DNA from: an uncultured Gammaproteobacteria bacterium
GTDB taxonomy: Bacteria; Pseudomonadota; Gammaproteobacteria; SZUA-229
DNA: 64,000 nucleotides
Direction of reading: 5' to 3'
Assembly: GCA_963721085.1 (NCBI GenBank)
Contig: CAVRHW010000034.1
Coordinates: 2,675-66,674 of the forward strand
Part shown: positions 40,273 through 49,116 of the stretch, one piece after another
Layout: each line of letters opens with the position of its first letter
Position numbering within the stretch: the first letter of the stretch is position 1
The notes under the pieces: generated by a model
The model's input: only the letters and a program-made list of their open reading frames with translations
What the model was told of the DNA's origin: nothing
Database searches by the model: none
Position numbers and translations under genes: made by a program

Positions 40273-41857
40273 TCAGCGCATAGAAACCCAGCCATAACGG
40301 ATGTAAAGCGTCTTATCCTGGCGTCGACCATTGCGTTCGCTGTAATAGGTGCGCAGCCAGCCTGCGACAATAATTGCTGTGACCAGCACGACCAGCATAT
40401 CGAACCAGTGACACATTGATACCGGCCGCAGCATAGATACGTGACCGGAATGCAACATCGGGATACAGGAACAGATCAAAAGCATGGCTGATCAGGGTGT
40501 AACCCACGACCACCACCGTAAAGGACACAATGACCAGGGTGAACAGCCGACCAAGATTCTCGGTGTGCATACGATAGGTGGCGAAAATCAGTTGCGCACC
40601 GGTGACCCAGCCGAAGAACAGCAATACTATTGCGCCCTGCTTCTGGTAAAATTCTTCGCTACCAGCCAGTGCGCGAGCACCAGAATCACTGCTGGCACCA
40701 GCAGTGTCATCATCGCCATCAACAGCCAGGGCTTGCGACTGCGAGCCGGGCGTTTTTCAACCACAAAGTTGTACAGCGGATCCTTGGGCACGCCGTCGTC
40801 CTTGCGTGCTTCACCAATCACGCCGCCTGCACTCAGAAACAACGTGCCTTTAAATACACCATGCGCGATCAGATGGTAAATCGCCAGTGAAAAAGCGCCG
40901 ACACCGCATTCCATGATCATGAAACCCATCTGGCCCATGGTGGAATAACCCAGCGCTTTCTTGACATCGTTCTGGGTCAGCATCAATACAGAACCGAACA
41001 CCGCGGTTACCAGCCCGACAATGAACACCCAGTGCAGCACGCCACTGGTTTCAACGAACACCGGTGCGAAACGATTGATCAGGAAACCACCCGCATTCAC
41101 GATCCCGGCATGCATCAGCGCCGATACCGGCGTCGGACCGCTCATGGTATAGGGCAACCAGGTATGCAACAGAAACTGCGCGGAACGCGCGAAGGCCGCA
41201 AGCGCCACCAGCGCACCCACCACTTCGACCAGAGGCAAACCGAGTACTGTATGCGCATCAGGTGTGGCCGCGAGGCGTTCGAAAATAATACTCAGTGACC
41301 AGCTGCCGTAGGCCTGATACAACAGACCGGCTGCCAGCAATAATGGAAGATCACCAAAGCGGTAGGTTATCCATGTCCAGAAAGCATAGCGCGATGCCGG
41401 CCGACTTCGCGTGTCATACCCCAGCAGAAAATACAGCATGATTCCGACCAGATGCCAGGCCACCAGCAAGGTAATCAGATCGCCTGCCGTCACCATCAAC
41501 AACAAGGTGCCGGCCATGATATCCAGCAGCATGAAGAACCGTCCATAGCCAGGCTCTTCTGCCATGTAACGAACCGAGTAAAGATGCACGATGAGACTGA
41601 TCGATGTAATCACCATACACATCAGCGTACTCAACGAGTCGAAGCGAATAATGCTCCAGCCGTGCAACAATGTTAAGTCACGAGAACCGGCACCGGACAA
41701 TGACAACCATAGTGTCACAATGGCAAGCGCGAACATGGCCCAGCTGAACGCAACACTGACAGCGGCGATACGCTGACCCGGAACGACGGGGTGATAACTG
41801 TGTGATAACAGCAGAAATAAATGGCAGCGCTATCACCAGCAGGATCAACTGTTGCAT
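40273..41857 (-). pseudogene. dabB: DabB (NuoL/MrpA-like proton-conducting membrane subunit of the DAB pump), frameshifted
   Basis: A GGAGGA lies 11 nt before ATG 41857 (MQQLILLVIALPFISAVI). The main body 41736-40627 carries WLPYTMSGPTPVSALMHAGIVNAGGFL and GYSTMGQMGFM. The C-terminal pieces lie at 40624-40313 and 40485-40273. Confidence 0.85.
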
Positions 41858-41918
41858 GTTTGAATTCGTCCTCCTCTGCGAATGCCAGCAGAATCTCTGC
41901 CATCACCGGCATCCATCA

Positions 41919-41939
41919 TTAACCAATGTAATCTGTTAA
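41919..41939. promoter_or_regulatory. LysR-type T-N11-A box (TTAAC-N11-GTTAA) upstream of dabB
   Basis: TTAACcaatgtaatctGTTAA sits about 60 nt upstream of the dabB start, in the AT-rich dabB/csoS1D divergent region. cbbR is encoded nearby. Confidence 0.35.
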
Positions 41940-42214
41940 TCGATTCGCGATATGCGCAAGATTCAAGTGTGAGGAGTATCGAAAATTAATCGACAGGGAA
42001 CCACTCAATTTTTTTTAACAAATAGATTACCTTAAGGTTATAGGTACGAATTCAGACCAGTAAACCTGGGCCCAGATCGGGGCATTACAGGTTTATGTCA
42101 TCAGCCAAAGCAACCAATAGATAGTTATCTATAGGTGGAATCAAAAACTTCTCTTTTTAATAAGGAGTAAAACCGTCTATAAAGGTCACCTGTTATTTAA
42201 GTTGTACAGACCGG

Positions 42215-42829
42215 ATGATCTCACTCAGAACCTACGTTTATATCGATGCTCTGCAGCCGCAGCTGGCCGCTTATATGGCCACTGTCTCCCAGGGCTTTTT
42301 GCCCATTCCGGGTGACGCCTGCCTCTGGGTGGAGGTCTCACCCGGTATGGCGGTGCATCGCCTGACCGATACCGCCCTGAAGGCGACACGCGTGCATCTG
42401 GCACAGCAGGTCGTCGAACGCGCCTACGGTTCGATGGTGATTCATCAACGCGATCAGAGTGATGTACGAGAAGCCGGCAATATCCTGTTGTCCAATATGA
42501 ACGCCAGCGTCCATGACCGGCAAACCTGCCGTGTTGCCTGGAGTGAAATCATCCGTGGCATGACACCCGATCACACCGTGCTGATCAACCGCCAGGACCG
42601 GCGCGGATCCATGATCCTGCCGGGACAGAGCATGTTCATTCTTGAAACCGAGCCCGCGGGTTATATCGTCTATGCGGCGAACCAGGCGGAAAAAGCTGCC
42701 AGCATCACGCTGATTGACGTGCGCGCGGTTGGCGCTTTCGGACGTCTGATTCTTTCTGGCCGCGAAGGCGATGTTGATGAAGCTGCAGCCGCAGCGATCG
42801 CCGCGGTCGAAAATCCCTCGGTCACCTGA
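42215..42829 (+). CDS. csoS1D: Tandem-BMC-domain (BMC-T) carboxysome shell protein, CsoS1D-like
   Basis: [49 protein letters not shown]...[55 protein letters not shown] matches my recollection of CsoS1D double-BMC proteins. Confidence 0.75.
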   Translation: MISLRTYVYIDALQPQLAAYMATVSQGFLPIPGDACLWVEVSPGMAVHRLTDTALKATRVHLAQQVVERAYGSMVIHQRDQSDVREAGNILLSNMNASVHDRQTCRVAWSEIIRGMTPDHTVLINRQDRRGSMILPGQSMFILETEPAGYIVYAANQAEKAASITLIDVRAVGAFGRLILSGREGDVDEAAAAAIAAVENPSVT

Positions 42830-42844
42830 ACCCGGGAGTACACC

Positions 42845-43408
42845 ATGCATCGACAGGAACTGTTATCGCTACTGCAACGCTACCAGTCACCGTTCAATAC
42901 CGAAGCCGGTTACGTGGCGCGTACGCGACGTTTTGTTCAGCAACACGAAAACTGTTTTGACCGTGAACTGTGGCCGGGGCACATCACCGGCTCGGCGTGG
43001 GTGGTCAATCCAGCACGCGATAAAGCACTATTGCTGCATCACCGCAAACACAACCAGTGGTTTCAACCGGGTGGTCATGCCGACGGTGACGCTGACATAC
43101 TGCGGGTAGCGTTGCGTGAAACACATGAAGAAACCGGCCTGCCTCTCGATAAGATTCATCTGGTCGATGGCGAGATTTTCGACGTGGACATTCATACCAT
43201 CCCGGGTGGCCATTACGGTCCGAAACATCAGCATTACGATATCCGTTTTCTGGTCGAGATCGATGATCGCCTGCCTGTCCCCGGTAATGATGAATCTCAC
43301 CAGGTGCTATGGCTGCCGCTTGAAGTGATTTCTCGCTTCAACAACAACCTGTCCACCTGGCGCATGCTGGAAAAGACCCGGCGTATGCGCGACGCCGCAT
43401 ATGCCTAA
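42845..43408 (+). CDS. NUDIX hydrolase
   Basis: The Nudix box reads GGHADGDADILRVALRETHEETGL. The gene starts 16 nt after csoS1D. Confidence 0.85.
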   Translation: MHRQELLSLLQRYQSPFNTEAGYVARTRRFVQQHENCFDRELWPGHITGSAWVVNPARDKALLLHHRKHNQWFQPGGHADGDADILRVALRETHEETGLPLDKIHLVDGEIFDVDIHTIPGGHYGPKHQHYDIRFLVEIDDRLPVPGNDESHQVLWLPLEVISRFNNNLSTWRMLEKTRRMRDAAYA

Positions 43409-43416
43409 GCCAGGCT

Positions 43417-44451
43417 TCAGCCTTTCGCTTTTGCTCTGGCTTTAGCTTTGGTTTCAATTCTGGTTGAAGCCTTGGCCGCCGGTTCCGCGGATGCCAGCGC
43501 GTCTGCCATCCCCGGCCACTGGTTCATCATCTTTTCTCGCATCCGCGGTTCCACGTCCAGCGAATATTCGAGGAAGGCCTCGGCCACCAGTGACAGTTCC
43601 TTGCCTTTGGGGAACACCAGATGCCACTGACGCATGATCGGAAAACCTTGAACATCGAGCAGTTTCACCGGACCTTCCGGCCCTTCCAGTGACAGCGTAT
43701 GCAATGACAGTACCGCCACCCCCAGTCCGCCGACCACGGCATGCTTGATCGCTTCGTTACTGCCTAGTTCCATACGCACTTTGGGTACCAGCCCTTCTCG
43801 CTCGAACAAACGCTGGGTGGCATCACGGATACCGGAACCCGGTTCACGCAGGATCAGCGGTTCTTCGGCAATACGCGATAATGGAATATTTTTCTCACCG
43901 ACCAGAGGATGATCCTGTGGCGCCATCAACACCAGCGGATTGGGGGCAAAAGGATATGACTCGATTTCCATAATATCCGTCGGCGCCTGTCCCATGATGT
44001 ACAGATCGTCTTCATAAGAAGTGAGTCGTTCGATGATGCGATCACGATTAGATACTTTCAGCGCAACATCGATGCCGGGATAAAGACGGCAAAATTCACC
44101 CAGCGCTTCCGGTACAAAATATTTGGCGGTCGTCACCACGCCCAGGCGCAGGCGTCCACGCTTCATGCCTTTATGTTCGGAAATTTTCATTTCCAGATTG
44201 GCGAGATTTTCGAAAATACGCCGGCAGGATTCGTACAGTTCGCGCCCGGCTTCGGTCGGCCTGACATTGCGTCCGATCTGTTCGAACAGGGGCAGGCCCA
44301 GCGCATCGGCCAGCTTCTTGATCTGCATCGAAACTGTCGGCTGGGTGACAAAAAGCTCTTCTGCCGCGCGCGAAAAATTACCCAGCCGCACACTGGCTTC
44401 AAAAATCTGTAATTGCCTCAAGGTCGCATGCCGGATCAGGTATTCCGGCAT
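43417..44451 (-). CDS. cbbR: LysR-family transcriptional regulator, CbbR-like
   Basis: The likely start is ATG 44451. HTH: LRQLQIFEASVRLGNFSRAAEELFVTQPTVSMQIKKLADALGLPLFEQ. It is the last gene of the carboxysome gene string. The C-terminal tail is Lys/Ala-rich. Confidence 0.8.
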   Translation of the reverse strand: MPEYLIRHATLRQLQIFEASVRLGNFSRAAEELFVTQPTVSMQIKKLADALGLPLFEQIGRNVRPTEAGRELYESCRRIFENLANLEMKISEHKGMKRGRLRLGVVTTAKYFVPEALGEFCRLYPGIDVALKVSNRDRIIERLTSYEDDLYIMGQAPTDIMEIESYPFAPNPLVLMAPQDHPLVGEKNIPLSRIAEEPLILREPGSGIRDATQRLFEREGLVPKVRMELGSNEAIKHAVVGGLGVAVLSLHTLSLEGPEGPVKLLDVQGFPIMRQWHLVFPKGKELSLVAEAFLEYSLDVEPRMREKMMNQWPGMADALASAEPAAKASTRIETKAKARAKAKG

Positions 44452-44638
44452 TGCGGACGGCGGCGTGTATCCAGGTTCACTGAAAGGAGGTGGCATTAGT
44501 AATCTCTCTATGGTTATTCAGGAACTGTCACGCTGTAAGCCCGGATCTTGCAACCCGTCTGTCTCACAGTACCTTGCTTCAATTGTTAGTCCCTGTCGTT
44601 TCCCTTAATTGTCTATCCAGGTTCCATCCAGGAGATAC

Positions 44639-44830
44639 TCAATCTGGCCACACGCGACGCCCGTGACTGAAACCGTCACGGCGAGACTGGTTTTTGCCGG
44701 ACTCTGTCACACCTGTTTCGGGCGTATGGCTCGATTCTGATGGCGGCGCAGTCTTGCTCGCAACATTACCAGATTTACTTTTTCGGATGGAAGCGACCAG
44801 TTTGTCGCCGGTTTTGTTTTTAGTCGTCAC
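44639..44830 (-). CDS. mcdB: Candidate McdB (carboxysome-positioning adaptor): small, disordered, C-terminal WPD
   Basis: 63-aa GTG-initiated ORF overlapping the mcdA stop by 11 nt. It is S/T/K/G-rich and low-complexity (MTTKNKTGDKLVASIRKSKSGNV...) and ends ...GRRVWPD*. A conserved Trp within the last few residues is the McdB hallmark. Confidence 0.5.
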   Translation of the reverse strand: MTTKNKTGDKLVASIRKSKSGNVASKTAPPSESSHTPETGVTESGKNQSRRDGFSHGRRVWPD

Positions 44831-45455
44831 GATCAGTCACCAGTTCGTCAATCAATTGTTGGATTTCTTCGGCCGCGCCGCTGGCCGACACACCGGCATC
44901 CAGCACGCTGCGGCCCTCGAGTATGGCATTGCGATAGGCCATGCGCCGCCTGATCGCGGTTCTGGCCACCGGAAGTTCAATTTCAGCCAGCGCATCACCC
45001 ATCAGTCGTGACAGACGGGTGCGCGGCTCCAGCTGATTGACCACCAGCATTGCCTGGATACCAGGATTCATCCGGCGCGCCTGTTCCAGCTCCTGCTCCA
45101 CGTGCACGCTGGCCCACAGGTCCAGCGGTGATGGCAGCACCGGTATCACGGCGATGTCACAGCAGGACAGTGCCCGTCGCGTTTGCTCTGAATGTACAGA
45201 TGGCGGGCAGTCGATCACCAGGTAGTCATAGCTATCCCGATACGTCTGAACCGTGGTCACAACATCTTCGAACGCATCGACCACATCGACCAGATCATCG
45301 CGTTCTGAAATATCGCGCCATTGCAGAGAAGAGCGTTGTGGATCGGAATCCAGTAGCAGGGTGGAAAAGCGCCGATGCAGACCACAGGCGAGATTTATGG
45401 AGAGCGTGGTCTTACCCGCGCCACCCTTGTTTCCGATCAGAGCGATGACCGGCAT
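44820..45455 (-). CDS. mcdA: ParA-family ATPase, McdA-like (maintenance of carboxysome distribution)
   Basis: The deviant Walker A reads IALIGNKGGAGKTTLS. The protein is 211 aa and lies inside the alpha-carboxysome gene string after acRAF. Confidence 0.8.
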   Translation of the reverse strand: MPVIALIGNKGGAGKTTLSINLACGLHRRFSTLLLDSDPQRSSLQWRDISERDDLVDVVDAFEDVVTTVQTYRDSYDYLVIDCPPSVHSEQTRRALSCCDIAVIPVLPSPLDLWASVHVEQELEQARRMNPGIQAMLVVNQLEPRTRLSRLMGDALAEIELPVARTAIRRRMAYRNAILEGRSVLDAGVSASGAAEEIQQLIDELVTDRDD

Positions 45456-45468
45456 GGTCAGTGTCCTC

Positions 45469-45732
45469 TCAGACCTTCTCAGCCGAATCTAGCGAATCGA
45501 GCAATCGTGCAAATTCGCGTTGCTTCGTTGTCAGTTCGGTAGCGCCTTCGTCAGCGTGTATAGTGAAATTGGCATAGGTACGACCAAAACCAATATCCGG
45601 ATACAGTCCCTTTTGTTCAGACAAGTCCGCAGCACTGTCCAGAAAAACGCGCAGCGCTTCATAGTCATCGAACTCATAACGTTTTTCCAGGCGTGACGGA
45701 CGATTCCGTTCCTGCCATTGCTGTAAAGTCAT
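45469..45732 (-). CDS. Pterin-4a-carbinolamine-dehydratase-like protein (acRAF-type RuBisCO assembly factor)
   Basis: A GGAGG lies 8 nt before ATG 45732 (MTLQQWQER...). The PCD fold pattern reads YEFDDYEALRVFLDSAADLSEQKGLYPDIGFGRTYANFTI. Confidence 0.75.
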   Translation of the reverse strand: MTLQQWQERNRPSRLEKRYEFDDYEALRVFLDSAADLSEQKGLYPDIGFGRTYANFTIHADEGATELTTKQREFARLLDSLDSAEKV

Positions 45733-45778
45733 AGCGTTCACCTCCAACCTGCTGTCAACGTGTCAGGTCATGCGTTGC

Positions 45779-46250
45779 TTATCGGCTGCCGTGCATGCGC
45801 TGTTGCGGTGTTTCCTGCAATCGACGCAACCAGGCATCGAGTTCAGCCAGATGCTGTTGTTCTTCCCTTGAGCAGCTCTTCGAAAAACACGCGGCTATCG
45901 TGGTCACCCACGCTGGCACAATAACGTGTTGCCGTCTGATACATCTGTATCACCTCTGCTTCGAAAACCTGGTCAAACCGCAACAACGCGGACAGGTCCT
46001 TTGCAAGCCTGACCGGTCGCAATTGCGATCCTGCAGGCGCTGCACCTACTGCCAGCATACGTTCAATAATCCTGTTCGCGTGTCGCAGTTCTTCCTCGGA
46101 CTCTTTACGAAAGCTATCGGCAGCCTCGCCCAGCCCCCAGGACGCGACCAGTCGCGCCTGGGTACTGTATTGCTGGACTGCAGACAGCTCGAGACTGAGA
46201 GCCCTGCCGAGGTAACCCAGAATTTTCTGATCAGGTCGTGCCGCTAACAT
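45779..46250 (-). pseudogene. Ferritin/bacterioferritin-like protein of the carboxysome operon, one frame change near the 3' end
   Basis: LGYLGRALSLELSAVQQYSTQARL...EEELRHANRIIERML is ferritin-like. After ...FFEELLK the conserved continuation EEQQHLAELDAWLRRLQE... lies in another frame. The shift is at a C3 run on the plus strand (45865-45867). Confidence 0.7.
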
Positions 46251-46280
46251 CTGACTACCTGTCTAAAAAGACTGTTTTTC

Positions 46281-46598
46281 TCAGGCCGCGGCCTTTGATG
46301 AACCGATGTTACCAGTCGGCAGAACCGGTTCAACTTCTTTGTGCGGACGTGCAATGATGTGTGCTGCCACCAGTCCATCACCAACGCGTTCACATGCGTC
46401 GGCACCGGCACGAACAGCTGCATTCACAGCACCCGTTTCACCACGAACCAGAACGGTAACATAACCGCCACCAACAAACTCACGACCGATCAGGCGTACT
46501 TCAGCAGCCTTGGTCATGGCATCTGCCGCTTCGATGGCAGGCACCAGTCCCCGTGTTTCGATCATACCCAGAGCAATACCGTAATTTTCATTCGCCAT
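46281..46598 (-). CDS. csoS1: Carboxysome shell hexamer protein CsoS1 (BMC-H)
   Basis: ALGMIETRGLVPAIEAADAMTKAAEVRLIGREFVGGGYVTVLVRGETGAVNAAVRAG. Confidence 0.92.
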   Translation of the reverse strand: MANENYGIALGMIETRGLVPAIEAADAMTKAAEVRLIGREFVGGGYVTVLVRGETGAVNAAVRAGADACERVGDGLVAAHIIARPHKEVEPVLPTGNIGSSKAAA

Positions 46599-46659
46599 TG
46601 TTGTATCTCCAATATGTAAATAAAAAAATCAATTAACTCGACCACGCTGGTCGCGTTTG

Positions 46660-46965
46660 TTATTTCATGCTGTTACCACTGTTGTCCAGCACCGGTTCAA
46701 CTTCTTTATGTGGACGAGCAATGATGTGTGCAGCCACCAGGCCATCACCCACACGTTCGCAGGCATCTGCGCCAGCACGAACGGCTGCATTTACTGCGCC
46801 GGTTTCGCCACGGACCATTACCGTGACATAACCGCCACCCACAAACTCACGACTGATGAGTCGTACTTCCGCGGCTTTGGTCATGGCATCTGCCGCTTCG
46901 ATGGCGGGCACCAGCCCGCGCGTTTCAATCATACCCAGTGCGATGCCGTAGTTTTCACTTGCCAT
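46660..46965 (-). CDS. csoS1: Carboxysome shell hexamer protein CsoS1 (BMC-H), second paralogue
   Basis: The core is nearly identical to the neighbouring csoS1. The C-terminal tail differs. Confidence 0.92.
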   Translation of the reverse strand: MASENYGIALGMIETRGLVPAIEAADAMTKAAEVRLISREFVGGGYVTVMVRGETGAVNAAVRAGADACERVGDGLVAAHIIARPHKEVEPVLDNSGNSMK

Positions 46966-47044
46966 CTTTATGTCTCCTGTTGACTACATTGTTTAAAAAA
47001 ATTCATTTCTACCTGCTGGTTGCTACCTGCCACCAAATAACGTC

Positions 47045-47290
47045 TTACGGTTCCCAGTGATCGATAATGCCGCCGATCGTAAGATCCGTGAGAATTCCAA
47101 AATCACCCGTTGCATAGCGCGCTGCCGATCCGCTGACGGTGTATACCCAGTTACCTTCGCGGGCCCCGACCGGGTCGACAGCGACCTGCTGTTTGCCACT
47201 TGGCGAGCGCAGCACACGCAAACTGATCGCTTCCAGTCCGGCTACGCGGCGCGTGCATACCAGTGGCGCTTCTACCTGCAAAATTTCCAT
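47045..47290 (-). CDS. csoS4B: Carboxysome vertex pentamer protein CsoS4B (BMC-P)
   Basis: 81-aa EutN/CcmL-fold protein (MEILQVEAPLVCTRRVAGLE...). It is the second of two BMC-P genes after csoSCA. Confidence 0.85.
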   Translation of the reverse strand: MEILQVEAPLVCTRRVAGLEAISLRVLRSPSGKQQVAVDPVGAREGNWVYTVSGSAARYATGDFGILTDLTIGGIIDHWEP

Positions 47291-47571
47291 CAGGCTGCAC
47301 CTTTTTTCTGTGTGGCTGCCGTATTTTCAGATGGCGGCCAGTGATCGATAATGCCAACGATGGTCAAATCGCTCGGATAATCCTTGCTACCGGCTGCTTC
47401 GCGTGCGGCGGAACTGCCTACGCAAATCACCCAGTCACCCGGTTTACATCCAACCGCGTCGACAGCCACCGCCGAAGTGTTACCGTCACGCACTACCTGT
47501 AAATGCTTGTGTTCCATTCCAGGGATGCGATTGGTCGCAACCAGTGGACGTTCAACCTGACAGATCTTCAT
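47290..47571 (-). CDS. csoS4A: Carboxysome vertex pentamer protein CsoS4A (BMC-P)
   Basis: 93-aa EutN/CcmL-fold protein (MKICQVERPLVATNRIPGMEHKHLQVV...). Its start overlaps the csoSCA stop. Confidence 0.85.
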   Translation of the reverse strand: MKICQVERPLVATNRIPGMEHKHLQVVRDGNTSAVAVDAVGCKPGDWVICVGSSAAREAAGSKDYPSDLTIVGIIDHWPPSENTAATQKKGAA

Positions 47572-49079
47572 CAGTGCCCTCCCGCTGCAACGTTATCAAC
47601 GGTGCATGAAAAAACTTCCAGCGGGCCATTGTCATCACAATCACGTGCCACCTGCAAAATATGCAGCATGCCCTGTCGATACAATTCGTCATAACGTTCG
47701 GTCATCGCATTCGCAACACGACCGCAGCGCTCTACTGCGCGCTCACGCGCACCCGGAACATCGCCGTGATAGTCAAAACGAACCACCACAGGTACCGGCA
47801 AACCGTGCGAAACGTTAAGACCGGTAAAAATCTTTATCCCGACATCCATATCTGCCGCACCTTCCTCAACCGTGTTGAGGTATGCAAAGTACATCAGGTT
47901 ACGCAGCTGGATTTCTTCGAAACCCACACCGGCCCCGATAAAGCGCTCGGCATGACCAATGTCAGGATAACGCTCGCCATGATGATTGAGCACATAATCA
48001 ATCTGCGACATATTGTTCTCTATCAGGCGTGCAATAAACTGCGCCATACCTGAAGTCACATCTGGCGAACATGTCTGTATCGATTCCTCGATTGCACGTA
48101 TTGCATCCGATGCTTCCAGCCGTGCTGTCTCGACATAAATATCCTGGGTATCGACATAACGCTCAAAATCTATCTCACCATCAGCGTCCGGTACGTGTAC
48201 ACGTATCGAATCGGTATCGGTATCTACACCGATCAACAACAGATCGATCGAGGCGCCGCAACAAAAACTGTTTTCGATCGCCGTGCGGAAACTGGTCAAA
48301 CGTTCCATTGCAGCCAGTGCCGCCTTGCGCGTATCTGAACCATGCGCAGCACAACCTTCATGCTCGGGATCGCCGCTGCTGAAATGATAAGCCACCATTT
48401 TCAGATAACGTGTCGCTGCGTCGGCCGCATTCGGCTTCGCTTCGCGAAAGCGCTGCAATTCAATTTCAGTCCATTTATTAACACTGTCCTCGATATCGAA
48501 CATCGCACCGGCATAAGATTTACGTCGTACTGCACGTGGCGAAAGCCGCAATACATATCGCACCAGGTGCGCCAGACGACCATCTGCACATGGCGTAATA
48601 TCCAGGCTGTGAAAACCACAGCTCTGCAAAAAACTTTCAAACTCTTCAGCGGCGCCGGTTGGCTTTGCGCTGAAGAAATCGTCACAAAAACGACGATAGG
48701 TCTGGAACACACACCATGCGAACAGACGGCGCATATCCAGTTGTTCTACCCAGGCATCGGCCAGGATGTTTTCCGGCAATTCGAAACCCAGTCCATCGCG
48801 TGCAATCTGCTGCGCGCGGGATTCAAAATCCGCTTCGTGCTGAATGGCTGAAATCTCTTTCAGTGTCGGCACAATCACAGCAAACGCCTGTTTAATTCTG
48901 TCTTCGTATTCATGCAGACGCGCATTCTCATCGGCACGAGACAAGGGATGCCCGATCTGACCAAACCTGCTACGCGCAGTGCTCGCAGGCGCAACAGCCA
49001 CCGCACCCGGACGACGCAAAGGCGCGATACCGGCTGTCCGGTGTCTTGCTTGTTGTTGTCGAGCTGTGCGTAGCATCAT
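47571..49079 (-). CDS. csoSCA: Carboxysomal carbonic anhydrase CsoSCA (CsoS3)
   Basis: 502-aa ORF between csoS2 and csoS4A. The CADGRLAH...HFSSGDPEHEGCAAHGSD region resembles the beta-CA-like catalytic domain of CsoSCA. Confidence 0.88.
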   Translation of the reverse strand: MMLRTARQQQARHRTAGIAPLRRPGAVAVAPASTARSRFGQIGHPLSRADENARLHEYEDRIKQAFAVIVPTLKEISAIQHEADFESRAQQIARDGLGFELPENILADAWVEQLDMRRLFAWCVFQTYRRFCDDFFSAKPTGAAEEFESFLQSCGFHSLDITPCADGRLAHLVRYVLRLSPRAVRRKSYAGAMFDIEDSVNKWTEIELQRFREAKPNAADAATRYLKMVAYHFSSGDPEHEGCAAHGSDTRKAALAAMERLTSFRTAIENSFCCGASIDLLLIGVDTDTDSIRVHVPDADGEIDFERYVDTQDIYVETARLEASDAIRAIEESIQTCSPDVTSGMAQFIARLIENNMSQIDYVLNHHGERYPDIGHAERFIGAGVGFEEIQLRNLMYFAYLNTVEEGAADMDVGIKIFTGLNVSHGLPVPVVVRFDYHGDVPGARERAVERCGRVANAMTERYDELYRQGMLHILQVARDCDDNGPLEVFSCTVDNVAAGGH

Positions 49080-49116
49080 GTGTATCCGTTAAGTATTTGC
49101 CTGGCCTTACGTCGCG

